Of a DNA stretch of 64,000 nt, positions 26,538 to 36,251 are shown piece after piece. The first letter of the stretch is position 1, and every line of letters starts with the position of its first letter. The notes beneath the pieces are model-generated. The model was not told the DNA's origin. It saw only the letters and a list, made by a program, of their open reading frames with translations, and searched no databases. This stretch comes from Gammaproteobacteria bacterium. GTDB lineage: Bacteria; Pseudomonadota; Gammaproteobacteria; Steroidobacterales; Foliamicaceae. The DNA is taken from NCBI GenBank assembly GCA_009845905.1, contig VXYS01000009.1:580325-644324 (forward strand). The letters are read 5' to 3'. The position numbers and the translations under genes are program-made.

Positions 26538-27926
26538 TCAAGCCGCTTCGGTCGATTGAGGCGGCAGGGGCTTGTTGCCCCATATGCGCACGCCTACGGC
26601 CGCCAGCAGGATAATCAGGTTGCAGACACCCATCATCGTGAAGGGCGCATTCGGGACCTGCAAACGGTCGACCAGTAGTCCGCCGACAATTGTGGCCAGC
26701 ATGATGCCGATGGCGCCCGACTTGTTATAGACGCCGACCACGGCGCCGCGATATTGCGGCGGCGCTTCCTGGCCGAGCAGGGCGGCCGAAGACACCACCG
26801 TCGAGGTTTCGCCTATGCCGGTGGCGATGCAGGCAAATAGAATCAGGCTTCCAGGCGAGAACGGATCATCGATGGCACCCAGCCAGAGATAGCCGACGGC
26901 GGCGAGGCCGAAACCTATGGCGACCGCGGAGGTGCGGTTTATCCGGTCGCAGATCATTCCCATGAAATACGCCCAGCAGATGGCCGAAAGCTGGATCACG
27001 GCGCCGAACAGAAATGCGGCACGGCCCATGGCCTGCCCCGCGGTCATACCCTGGTCCACGCCGACCTGGACGAACCACAGGGAAAAGAACGTGCCGACCA
27101 CCACCAGGTCGCCGCGCGAGATGAAGCCGCTGGCATACGCCAGGGCAATGCGCGGGTTGCGCCTGGCTTCGGTGATTCCCCGGGCGAAATTCTTCAGCAC
27201 GCTGGGCTTGTCCTTCACCTCGGGCGGCGGTCCGCCCTTGAATCCCAGGCGCAACAGGATGGCGGAGAGAATCCCCACCGCGGCGGCAATCCAGAAGGTG
27301 TACCTCCCCGCCAGTGCGCCGCTGAAACCCATCCACTCAAACCGCTCCGGCAGCTGCCCGAACACGATGCTCATCAGTATCACGCCCAGTCCGTTGAATA
27401 TGGATGTGGTGCCCAGCCACTTGCCCCTGGAGCATTCCTGAATGAAGTCGATCAGGGAGGCGCCGAGCATCACCGGAAGGATGGCCGCGCCAACGGCAAC
27501 CACGACGCGGAAGAGAATCAGTTGTTCCTGGGAATTGGCCAAGGGGTAAAGGAAATAACCCAGGGACAGGATCACAAAACCGATCGAAAACAGGATCCGT
27601 CGCCCGGTACGGTCCGACAGCGCTCCAACCAGGCCCATGAGCGAAATGACGACGACCTCCTGCAAGGCGGCCAGGAAGCCGGTCAGCGCGCCCTGCTCGC
27701 CGCGGGGAATCTGCAGGACTTCTTCCAGCAGATAGGGCTGGACGAAATTCACCATCGTCAGCAAAGTCAGATTGAAGACGGAGGCGTAGAGCAGGGTCAG
27801 GATATTCAGATAGGAATATCCCGGCATGAACCAGTAAACGAGAACGTGCTTCCCCCGCGGATCGGGCGGGTAACGCTCCATCAACGACGGGCCCCGACTA
27901 CTGGCCATGTTGTCCCTCCCCGGCAA
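26538..27926 (-). CDS. MFS transporter
   Basis: 462 aa, about 12 TM helices, with the MFS loop motif GALSDRTGRR. Confidence 0.85.
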   Translation of the reverse strand: MPGRDNMASSRGPSLMERYPPDPRGKHVLVYWFMPGYSYLNILTLLYASVFNLTLLTMVNFVQPYLLEEVLQIPRGEQGALTGFLAALQEVVVISLMGLVGALSDRTGRRILFSIGFVILSLGYFLYPLANSQEQLILFRVVVAVGAAILPVMLGASLIDFIQECSRGKWLGTTSIFNGLGVILMSIVFGQLPERFEWMGFSGALAGRYTFWIAAAVGILSAILLRLGFKGGPPPEVKDKPSVLKNFARGITEARRNPRIALAYASGFISRGDLVVVGTFFSLWFVQVGVDQGMTAGQAMGRAAFLFGAVIQLSAICWAYFMGMICDRINRTSAVAIGFGLAAVGYLWLGAIDDPFSPGSLILFACIATGIGETSTVVSSAALLGQEAPPQYRGAVVGVYNKSGAIGIMLATIVGGLLVDRLQVPNAPFTMMGVCNLIILLAAVGVRIWGNKPLPPQSTEAA

Positions 27927-28097
27927 TTGCCGTGATTACACAGGCGGGTCCGAAATTCCCGCGTGCCGCATCAATTTACCTGACCCGGCTGCAGTCGTGT
28001 TGTGTACAAGTGATCGACTTCGGGTAATCTTGGTGCGGCAGATTCAACTTGCCCGGGGTCGGGGGAGCCCCGTACAACCTTGTAAGGGGGGGTTGTC

Positions 28098-30902
28098 ATG
28101 AAAGCAACGCGTAGCCGAATTCTTGCACTGTCCGTCGCAATTGGAGTGGGGGTGCTGACTGCGCTACCCGCGACGCCACAGGACGATACAGCCTTTGAGG
28201 AAATCGTCGTCACCACGCGGAAGAAGGAGGAAAACCTTCAGGACATTCCGATCGCGGTGAGCGCCTTGAGCCGCGCGGACATGGAGCGGGCCGGCGTGAA
28301 GGAGCTGAACGAGATCGCCCATCACGTTTCCAGCCTGCAGTTCGACAGGGGCTATTCGCCGGCCGACACGCGCCTGGTGATCCGGGGTCTGGCGCCCACG
28401 CGAGGGCGTCCCAACGCTGCGACACTCGTCGATGGCATCGATATTTCGAGCGAGGCCATCGGTGTTGCCGGCGGCACGATGCTGGTTAACCCACGCATGC
28501 TTGATATCGAGCGCGTCGAAGTCGTGAAGGGCCCGCAAAGCGCCCTTTTCGGACGAAGCGCTTTCGCCGGCGCGGTGCAGTACGTCACGCGCGATCCGTC
28601 GGATGAAACCGAAGGCGAGTTTGCTCTCGACGGGGCCGAGGAAGGCTATTACACGTTCAAGGGCAGCCTTTCCGGACCGCTGGGAGAAAGGGCCGGCTAC
28701 CGTCTGAACGCCATGTACTGGGAAGAGGGCGGCTTCTACCAGAACTCCATTACCGGCAACGACATCGGCGGCGGCGAAGGATTGGGTCTTGCCGTCACGT
28801 TGAAGTTCGAACCCAACGACTCGTCCAGCTACAAGATGCGGGTGGAGTACTCCGACGACGAGTTCGAGCCGATGCCGCAGGCCAATATTCCTTTTAACGG
28901 CATCAATCGCGTGCCGGCCGCCGCTTCTCTGTGCAACGGCGGCTACGTCAATGATGACGATTGCGACGGCCCCGCCAAGATCATTCAGGATCACCTGTTG
29001 CGCACCCGCGCGGGAGACCCCAACGATCCCGCGGTGTTCGACGACATGGACCATCCCGGCGTGATCGGCGAAATTCCGGATGGCGATGAACTCGTGGTCA
29101 CATTGACGCCGGACTACCGCCAGGGCATCGGCAACGACGATTTCCCCGGAGCGACGCGCGAAGTGCTTCGGTTCTCGCTGATTGCGGATTGGACAGTAGG
29201 ACAGGGCACCCTGAGTTCGCTCACCGGCGTGGCGGATGCCGACTCCGGCGCCCAAATGGACCTGGACAAGATAGCCGAGGCCGGACCGAACGGAATGGAC
29301 ACCAGCATCGCCAGTCAGATCGGCCATCGTTGGTCCAATACTTCGCTCCTGAGCCAGGAGTTGCGCTACGTATCGGAGTTTGAAGGGCGCTTCAATTTCA
29401 CGCTTGGCGCCCAGTTGTGGCAGGAGGACGTGGAACAGAACGACCGTAACAACACCATCATTACCGGCGGCACCTACTGCAGCCTGCTGCGCATCAAGCC
29501 CGGCCCGTTTGCTCCCGCATTCACGATCGATACGTTCGGCGGGAATCCGCGATTCGGAATCCCCCCCAATCCCGCCCGTAATACCTGCAAATACAGCAGT
29601 TTTCCCAGTGCGCTGATCACCCAACAGGTCTATAACCAAACGCTGGTGAACACTGTGCACCGCGATACGGACCATCGTTCCGTTTATCTGGCAATTGATT
29701 TTGACCTGACGGAGAGGCTTTCCGCACACGCCGAAGCGCGCTGGACCGATGAAACGACGGACGTGACCGCGCCCAATACCTTCAATCCCGCGGCGCGGCG
29801 CGCAGAGGGTCCGGGGTCGCTGCAGGCCTGTGGGAGTTCCGGCAACTGCATTCCGGGCGTGTCCTGGGGCCCTTATCCGCCCAATGGTTTCGGCACTCCC
29901 GGCAATTTCGCCACTCCCATATCCTTCACACGCAGCGATAGCTATGTCACGCCCAAGTTGAGTCTGCAATGGGACCAGTCGGACGACACGATGTGGTACT
30001 TCTCCTGGGCCGTGGCCAAGAAGCCGGGTGGTTTCAGCACGCTGGGGTTCGGCGGATTCGGTGGAGACGCCAACGGTAACGGCGAACCCGACGAGATCGA
30101 GTTCGAACCCGAGGAAATGCAGGTCTGGGAAGTGGGCATGAAGCGCACGATGCTGGACGGGCGTTTACGCTTTAACGGCGCCTACTTCTTCCAGGACTTT
30201 ACCGACAAGCAGATCAGCATCCAGAGAGTGATTCGCGGTCAGTTGGGCACGGTGATCAGCAATGCCAGCGGCGCCGAAGTGCACGGCGTGGAACTGGATG
30301 CGACCTGGCTGATCACCGACAACTGGAGGCTTTCCGGCGGCTATACCTGGCTGAACGGGGAGTTCACCGATTACAAGGTAATTACCACGAGTTCGGCGGA
30401 CCCCGCCCGCATCGGCAACTGCAACCCGGTTATGGCCGGCGGTCGCGCTGTGTGCGAGGTCGACCGATCCGGCTTCGACCTGGAGCGCACGCCGGATCAC
30501 GCCTGGCAGTTCACGCTGTCGTATCAGGCGCCTTCCAGGATCCGGCAGGGATGGGACACCTTCGCGTCATTCAGCGCGCTCTACCAGAGCGAGCGGTACA
30601 TCGAGGATTACAACAGGAAGATCCTCAAGTCGTACTGGCGCGCCAACCTGAATTTCGGTCTGGCTACCGACGAGTGGGAATTTGCCGTTTACGTGAAGAA
30701 CGTTTTCGACGACGACACGATCACGTGGGCCGGCGGTGGCCCGGGCATGCCGGTCAGCGACTGGCGGTTTGCGCTTCTGGTGGACACGACAGGACTCGGA
30801 GCTCCGTTCACGATTCTGCCTGCGCCGCGGATTGCTTCAACCGTGTATGGCCACCTGCCGGATCCGCGCCAGATCGGCATACGCCTGAACTGGCGCTTCT
30901 AG
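28098..30902 (+). CDS. TonB-dependent receptor, 934 aa (tandem paralog 1)
   Basis: Signal peptide, plug start FEEIVVTTRKKEENLQDIPIAV, C-terminal IGIRLNWRF with terminal Phe. Confidence 0.9.
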   Translation: MKATRSRILALSVAIGVGVLTALPATPQDDTAFEEIVVTTRKKEENLQDIPIAVSALSRADMERAGVKELNEIAHHVSSLQFDRGYSPADTRLVIRGLAPTRGRPNAATLVDGIDISSEAIGVAGGTMLVNPRMLDIERVEVVKGPQSALFGRSAFAGAVQYVTRDPSDETEGEFALDGAEEGYYTFKGSLSGPLGERAGYRLNAMYWEEGGFYQNSITGNDIGGGEGLGLAVTLKFEPNDSSSYKMRVEYSDDEFEPMPQANIPFNGINRVPAAASLCNGGYVNDDDCDGPAKIIQDHLLRTRAGDPNDPAVFDDMDHPGVIGEIPDGDELVVTLTPDYRQGIGNDDFPGATREVLRFSLIADWTVGQGTLSSLTGVADADSGAQMDLDKIAEAGPNGMDTSIASQIGHRWSNTSLLSQELRYVSEFEGRFNFTLGAQLWQEDVEQNDRNNTIITGGTYCSLLRIKPGPFAPAFTIDTFGGNPRFGIPPNPARNTCKYSSFPSALITQQVYNQTLVNTVHRDTDHRSVYLAIDFDLTERLSAHAEARWTDETTDVTAPNTFNPAARRAEGPGSLQACGSSGNCIPGVSWGPYPPNGFGTPGNFATPISFTRSDSYVTPKLSLQWDQSDDTMWYFSWAVAKKPGGFSTLGFGGFGGDANGNGEPDEIEFEPEEMQVWEVGMKRTMLDGRLRFNGAYFFQDFTDKQISIQRVIRGQLGTVISNASGAEVHGVELDATWLITDNWRLSGGYTWLNGEFTDYKVITTSSADPARIGNCNPVMAGGRAVCEVDRSGFDLERTPDHAWQFTLSYQAPSRIRQGWDTFASFSALYQSERYIEDYNRKILKSYWRANLNFGLATDEWEFAVYVKNVFDDDTITWAGGGPGMPVSDWRFALLVDTTGLGAPFTILPAPRIASTVYGHLPDPRQIGIRLNWRF

Positions 30903-31064
30903 GGTACGCCGGCAAAATTTCTCAGGGGAGGGACGACTGCCCGCTGCTACTTGAGAGCTGGCTCTCTCTGGTGACGGCGCGCTCCAGTTCGGGTAGTCTT
31001 GGCGCGCGGATTCAATTTCCCTGCACCAGGGGAACAACATACGACCTTTGAAGGGGGGTTGGTT

Positions 31065-33869
31065 ATGAGAGCAATATGCCGTCGATTTGTAGCGCTGCCG
31101 ATCGCGACAGCCGTTGGAATACTCATGGCGCTGCCCGCGGCGGCACAGGTCGATACGGCCTTCGAGGAAATCGTCGTCACAACGCGGAAGAAGGAGGAGA
31201 ACCTCCAGGACATTCCGATCGCGGTGAACGCCCTGAGCCGCGAAGACATGGAGCGGGCCGGCGTCAGGGAGTTGAACGAGATCGCGCATCACGATTCCAG
31301 CCTGCAGTTCGACAGGGGTTTTTCCGCCGCCGATACGCGGCTGGTCATTCGCGGCCTGGCGCCTACGCGGGGACGGCCGAACGCCGCCACGCTGATCGAC
31401 GGCATCGATATTTCCAGTGAAACGATCGGCGTGGCCGGGGGCACCAACCTGATCAATCCGCGCTTGCTGGACATCGAGCGCGTCGAAGTCGTAAAGGGCC
31501 CGCAGAGCGCCCTCTACGGCCGAAGCGCTTTCGCCGGCGCGGTGCAGTACGTCACGCGCGACCCGTCGGATGAAACCGAAGGCGAGTTCGGCCTTGACGG
31601 GGCGGAGGATGGCTACTACACGTTCAAGGGCAGCCTTTCCGGGCCGCTGGGCGAAAGGGCCGGGTACCGTCTGAACGCGCTCTACTGGGAAGAGGGCGGC
31701 TTCCACAAGAACTCGATTACCGGCAACGACATCGGTGGCGGCGAAGGACTGGGCATCGCCGCCACCCTGAAGTTCGAACCCAACGACTCGTCCAGCTACA
31801 AGATGCGCGTGGAATACGCCGACGACGAGTTCGAGGTGGGGCCCCAGGCCAATATTCCTTTCAATGGCATCAACCGCGTGCCGGCCGCGGCATCACGGTG
31901 CAACGGCGGCTACGTGAACGACGACGATTGCGACGGCCCTGCGAAGATCATCCAGGACCACCTGTTGCGCACCCGGGCGGCGGATCCCAGCGATCCCGCG
32001 GTGTTCGATGACATGGACCATCCCGGCGTCATAGGCGAGATCCCCGACGGCGATGATCTGGAGGTCAGATTGACTCCGGACTATCGCAGGGGCATCGGCA
32101 ATGACGATTTTCCCGGATCTACGCGCGAAGTGCTTCGGTTCTCGCTGGTTGCCGACTGGTCCGTGGGGCCGGGCACGCTGAGTTCGCTCACCGGAGTGGC
32201 GGATGCGGATTCGTCCGACCAGATGGATCTTGACAAGATAGCCGAAGCCGGACCGAGCGGGATGGACATCAGCATCGCCAGCCAACACTCGAATATCAAT
32301 ACAAACACGTCGCTCCTGAGCCAGGAGTTGCGCTACGTATCGGAGTTTGAAGGGCGATTCAATTTTGCCCTTGGCGCACAGTTGTGGCAGGAGGACGTGG
32401 AGCAGAACGAACGCAATAACACGCTTATCACCGGTGGCACCTACTGCAGCCTGCTTCGCATCAAGCCCGGCCCGTTTGCTCCCGCATTCACGATCGACAC
32501 GTTCGGCGGGAATCCGCGATTCGGAATCCCCCCCAATCCTGCCCGGAATACCTGCAAATACTCGAGTTATCCCGCTGCGCTGATCACCCAACAGGTGTAT
32601 GACCAAACGGGGGTGACCTCTGTACTGCGCGATACGGACCATCGATCCGCATATCTGGCCCTCGATTTTGACTTGACGGAGAGGCTTTCCGTACACGCCG
32701 AAGCGCGCTGGACCGACGAAACGACGGACGTGACCGCACCCAATACCTACAACCCGGCGGCCCGCCGCGCAGAAGGCACGGGGTCGCTGCAGGCCTGCGG
32801 AAGTTCCGGCAACTGCATTCCGGGCGTGTCCTGGGGCCCCTATCCGCCCAATGGTTTCGGCACTCCCGGCAATTTTTCCACGCCCCTGTCGTTCAGCCGC
32901 AGCGACAGCTATGTCACGCCCAAGGTGGGTGTGCAATGGGACCAGTCGGACGACACGATGTGGTACTTTTCCTGGGCCGTGGCCAAGAAGCCGGGCGGGT
33001 TCAGCACGCTGGGATTCGGCGGTTTCGGCGCGGACGCCAACGGTAACGGCGAGCCCGACGAGATCGAGTTCGAGCCCGAGGAAATGCAGGTCTGGGAAGT
33101 GGGGATGAAGCGCACGATGCTGGACGGACGTTTACGCTTCAACGGCGCCTATTTCTTCCAGGACTTTACCGACAAGCAGATCAGCATCCAGAGAGTCGTT
33201 CGCGGCCAATTGGGCACGGTGATCAGCAATGCCAGCGGCGCCGAAATTCACGGCGTGGAGCTGGATGTGAACTGGCTGATTACCGACAATTGGAGGTTCT
33301 CGGGCGGTTATACCTGGCTTAACGGGGAGTTCACCGACTACAAGGTTCTTACGACGAGTTCGGCGGACCCTGCCCGCATCGGCAACTGCAACCTGGTCAT
33401 GGCCGGCGGTCGCGCTGTCTGCGAGGTGGACCGCTCCGGCTTCGACCTGGAGCGCACGCCGGATCACGCCTGGCAGTTCACACTGGCCTACCAGGGGCCG
33501 TCCAGGATCCGTCAGGGATGGGACACCTTCGCGTCCTTCAGCGCCCTCTATCAGAGCGAACGGTTCATGGAGGATTTCAACAAGAAGATCCTCAAGGCCT
33601 ACTGGCGCGCCAACCTGAATTTCGGCCTGGCGACGGATGAATGGGAATTCGCGGTTTACGTGAAGAACGTATTCGACGACGACACGATCACGTGGGCCGG
33701 CGGCGGCCCGGGCATGCCGGTCAGCGACTGGCGGTTCGCCATTCTGGTGGACACCACGGGACTGGGAGCTCCGTTCACGATTCTGCCCGCGCCGCGAATC
33801 GCTTCCACCGTCTATGGTTACCTGCCGGATCCGCGCCAGATCGGCATACGCCTGAACTGGCGCTTCTAA
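31065..33869 (+). CDS. TonB-dependent receptor, 934 aa (tandem paralog 2)
   Basis: Colinear with 28098-30902, with no indel seen and roughly 90% aa identity by eye. ATG 31065 corresponds to the paralog-1 start; the ORF-track extension to 30999 is not conserved. Confidence 0.9.
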   Translation: MRAICRRFVALPIATAVGILMALPAAAQVDTAFEEIVVTTRKKEENLQDIPIAVNALSREDMERAGVRELNEIAHHDSSLQFDRGFSAADTRLVIRGLAPTRGRPNAATLIDGIDISSETIGVAGGTNLINPRLLDIERVEVVKGPQSALYGRSAFAGAVQYVTRDPSDETEGEFGLDGAEDGYYTFKGSLSGPLGERAGYRLNALYWEEGGFHKNSITGNDIGGGEGLGIAATLKFEPNDSSSYKMRVEYADDEFEVGPQANIPFNGINRVPAAASRCNGGYVNDDDCDGPAKIIQDHLLRTRAADPSDPAVFDDMDHPGVIGEIPDGDDLEVRLTPDYRRGIGNDDFPGSTREVLRFSLVADWSVGPGTLSSLTGVADADSSDQMDLDKIAEAGPSGMDISIASQHSNINTNTSLLSQELRYVSEFEGRFNFALGAQLWQEDVEQNERNNTLITGGTYCSLLRIKPGPFAPAFTIDTFGGNPRFGIPPNPARNTCKYSSYPAALITQQVYDQTGVTSVLRDTDHRSAYLALDFDLTERLSVHAEARWTDETTDVTAPNTYNPAARRAEGTGSLQACGSSGNCIPGVSWGPYPPNGFGTPGNFSTPLSFSRSDSYVTPKVGVQWDQSDDTMWYFSWAVAKKPGGFSTLGFGGFGADANGNGEPDEIEFEPEEMQVWEVGMKRTMLDGRLRFNGAYFFQDFTDKQISIQRVVRGQLGTVISNASGAEIHGVELDVNWLITDNWRFSGGYTWLNGEFTDYKVLTTSSADPARIGNCNLVMAGGRAVCEVDRSGFDLERTPDHAWQFTLAYQGPSRIRQGWDTFASFSALYQSERFMEDFNKKILKAYWRANLNFGLATDEWEFAVYVKNVFDDDTITWAGGGPGMPVSDWRFAILVDTTGLGAPFTILPAPRIASTVYGYLPDPRQIGIRLNWRF

Positions 33870-33883
33870 CGCTAGAGGAAACT

Positions 33884-33911
33884 GGAGCGGGGGCGTTGCC
33901 GCCCTCGCTCC
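33884..33911 (+). terminator. Hairpin after TBDR paralog 2
   Basis: ggagcgggggcg-ttgc-cgccctcgctcc (11/12 paired) lies 15 nt after the stop. No clear U-tract. Confidence 0.35.
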
Positions 33912-33949
33912 CTGCGGGCTTGAAAAATCAGGGGTCCGCCCCCAGAAAA

Positions 33950-33958
33950 TGGTAAAAT
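33950..33958 (+). promoter_or_regulatory. Extended -10-like element TGgTAAAAT just upstream of rpoH
   Basis: tggtaaaat at 33950-33958. It is only 10 nt from ATG 33969, so either the leader is very short or the true start is the in-frame ATG at 33984. Confidence 0.2.
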
Positions 33959-33968
33959 CCATTGCGCA

Positions 33969-34850
33969 ATGGCCAAGGATTCGATGAACACCGCAATTGC
34001 CGCGACCAACCGCGACCTGATCCTGGCGGGCCCGCTGGGCAGCCTGGATGCGTACATTCAGGCGGTTGGATCGGTCCCCTCGCTCAGCGAGGAGGAAGAG
34101 CGGGAGCTGGCGACCCGGCTGCGCGAGGACGGCGATCTGGACGCCGCCCGGCAGTTGATCCTGGCGCACCTGAGGTTCGTCGTGCACATCGCCAGTCGTT
34201 ACCAGGGTTACGGCCTGCCGATGGCCGACCTGATCCAGGAAGGCAACGTGGGCCTGATGAAGGCGGTCAAGCGTTTCGATCCCGAAGTGGGCGTTCGCCT
34301 GGTGACTTTCGCCGTTCACTGGATTCGGGCCGAAATTCACGAGTTCATCCTGCGCAACTGGCGCCTGGTCAAGGTGGCCACCACCAAGGCCCAGCGCAAA
34401 TTGTTCTTCAACCTGCGCAAGCTCAAGAAGAGGCTGGGCTGGATGTCGCCCGACGAGCAGGAGGCCGTGGCCGAGTATCTCGGGGTCAAGCCCGAGGAAG
34501 TGGCGGAGATGGAAATGCGCCTGGCCGGTCAGGACATCACTTTCGATCCGCCTACGTCCGACAGCGACGAGCAGACGTATTCGCCCTCGCAGTACCTGCC
34601 GAGTTCCGACCCGGACCCGGCGGTCGAGCTGGAAGAGGCCGACGCGATGGAGCGCGCAAGCGAACAACTGACGCAGGCGCTCGCGGGTCTTGACGAGCGC
34701 TCGAGGGACATCATCACTTCCCGCCGGCTGGTCGAGAAGAAGGCCACGCTGCACGAACTGGCCGGCCGCTACGGCGTGTCCGCCGAACGTATCCGGCAGA
34801 TCGAAAACCAGGCACTGAAGCAGCTGAGCTCGGCGATTACCGCGCCCTAA
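33969..34850 (+). CDS. rpoH: RNA polymerase sigma-32 (heat-shock sigma factor)
   Basis: RpoH box [12 protein letters not shown], region 2 [37 protein letters not shown], region 4 [19 protein letters not shown]. Confidence 0.95.
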   Translation: MAKDSMNTAIAATNRDLILAGPLGSLDAYIQAVGSVPSLSEEEERELATRLREDGDLDAARQLILAHLRFVVHIASRYQGYGLPMADLIQEGNVGLMKAVKRFDPEVGVRLVTFAVHWIRAEIHEFILRNWRLVKVATTKAQRKLFFNLRKLKKRLGWMSPDEQEAVAEYLGVKPEEVAEMEMRLAGQDITFDPPTSDSDEQTYSPSQYLPSSDPDPAVELEEADAMERASEQLTQALAGLDERSRDIITSRRLVEKKATLHELAGRYGVSAERIRQIENQALKQLSSAITAP

Positions 34851-34993
34851 GGGCCCCGTTAATCATGTTTCCCCCGTGGGTATCTCCTGGACAGGAGATG
34901 GCCCGCGTGCCCGCTCCCATTGGCCGCCGGAGCGGATATTCGAATTTTTCTTTACACTAGGCGCTCGGCGCTACAACCCGGGGAGGCGCAGCC

Positions 34994-36172
34994 ATGCATC
35001 GCCAACAAATCCGTTCCAACTCCCGATCCGCTTTCGGGACCCTTCCGATTGCGGTAATTCTTGCCTTTGCCGCGTATGGGCTTTCACCGGCCCTCATCGC
35101 CCAACCGGCCGGCGGTCCGCCCGCCCAGGCAGCCACTCCGGATACCATCGAGTGGCAGACCGACGAGATGCTGCCGTATTACGAGATACCGAACATCCCG
35201 GTATCGGCCGAGGCCTACTTCGCGCCGGACAGTTACCACCTGATCGCCCAGACCCGCGATCCCGATGCGGTACAGGGCGCCAGCGGCAGACACGGCAACC
35301 TGACCTACACCTACACGATCGAGGGCACGGAGCTTACCCGCATCAACGACAAGGGTCAGGACGCCTGCTCCTACTTCTTTCCCGATCAGCAGCGGGTGAT
35401 TTTCACCTCCACCCGGGACAACCTCCATCTGCCGGTCGGAAACTGGTCGGATGAGGACGAGTACCCCACCGGCGGCGAACTCTACATTGCCAATGTCGAC
35501 GGCAGCGACCGCCGCCGGCTGACCCACAACGAGTGGTACGAGGCGGAAGTCGTCGTTTCGCCCACCGGCGAGTGGATTGCTTTCGGGCGCAATATCGACG
35601 GCCGGCAGGATCTCTGGCGCATACGCCCCGACGGCACCGACGAACAGCGCATCACGGACACCGACGACTGGCAGGAAGGATCTCCGTATTTCATGCCCGA
35701 CGGCGAGCACCTGATGTTCCGCTCCTGGCGCGACTCGGATTACAAGAGGATCAGGCCCACGCCAATGATCGTCATGACGATCAACATCGACGGTTCCGAC
35801 TGGCGCGGCTACACCTTTGACGGTGACATGAACTGGGCGCCCAACCCGGCGCCGGACGGACGCCATTACGTGTTTGTGCGCGTTACGGATATGGACGCCG
35901 GCCCGCTGGGCAACTGGGACATATTCCTCGGCGATCTGGCCGGCGGCGAACCCGTGCGCCTGACCACCTTTCCGGGATTCGACGGTTTGCCCGGCATGGC
36001 CCCGAACGGAAAATTGCTGGCGTGGGCGCGGGCCAGGGGAGGAGGCTTCATGGCGGGGATCAAGACCCACATCATGGACGTGTCTTCGCTGAATATCGGT
36101 CCCGAGAACTACGAACCGCTGAACCCCGAATGGGGCCGGCCGATGTCCGACGATCCGCCTGCGGCGGAGTAG
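34994..36172 (+). CDS. Periplasmic TolB-like beta-propeller (PD40 repeat) protein
   Basis: GGGAGG lies 7 nt before the ATG. Signal peptide, then repeated DGS..-..-SP.G..IAF/..PDG motifs typical of WD40-like PD40 repeats. Confidence 0.7.
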   Translation: MHRQQIRSNSRSAFGTLPIAVILAFAAYGLSPALIAQPAGGPPAQAATPDTIEWQTDEMLPYYEIPNIPVSAEAYFAPDSYHLIAQTRDPDAVQGASGRHGNLTYTYTIEGTELTRINDKGQDACSYFFPDQQRVIFTSTRDNLHLPVGNWSDEDEYPTGGELYIANVDGSDRRRLTHNEWYEAEVVVSPTGEWIAFGRNIDGRQDLWRIRPDGTDEQRITDTDDWQEGSPYFMPDGEHLMFRSWRDSDYKRIRPTPMIVMTINIDGSDWRGYTFDGDMNWAPNPAPDGRHYVFVRVTDMDAGPLGNWDIFLGDLAGGEPVRLTTFPGFDGLPGMAPNGKLLAWARARGGGFMAGIKTHIMDVSSLNIGPENYEPLNPEWGRPMSDDPPAAE

Positions 36173-36251
36173 TCCTCATTCCCCTCCTTAAGGGACGGGC
36201 AGAAAAGGAGCTTAAGCGCAGCGAAGGACGCCCCGTCCGAGAGCGATCTAT

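Larger units (their letters stand above)
28019..33869 (+). repeat. Tandem duplication (about 2.97-kb period) of TBDR gene plus roughly 80-nt leader
   Basis: Homology starts at ttcgggtaatcttgg (28019) and ttcgggtagtcttgg (30988) and runs to both stop codons. The 3' flanks are unrelated. Confidence 0.9.

Noticed and set aside
30903-31064. Riboswitch (for example cobalamin) or Fur box in the duplicated TBDR leaders.
   Set aside because: The leaders are only about 80 nt and show small hairpins and a G-rich SD. They have no B12-box or Fur-box-like 19-bp AT-rich palindrome.
33921-33958. Classical sigma-70 -35/-10 pair for rpoH (cttgaa ... taaaat).
   Set aside because: The spacer between TTGAAA and TAAAAT is 27 nt, too long for a sigma-70 promoter. 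Only the extended -10-like TGgTAAAAT is retained, at low confidence.
36173-36251. Possible glycine riboswitch upstream of the alanine/glycine symporter. A hairpin ggacggg...cccgtcc and a gcgaaggacgcc string were noticed.
   Set aside because: The spacer is only 79 nt and lacks the conserved GGAGAG...ACCGAAGGGGCAA cores. It is more likely a simple stem-loop after the TolB-like gene. A covariance-model scan (Rfam RF00504) would settle it.
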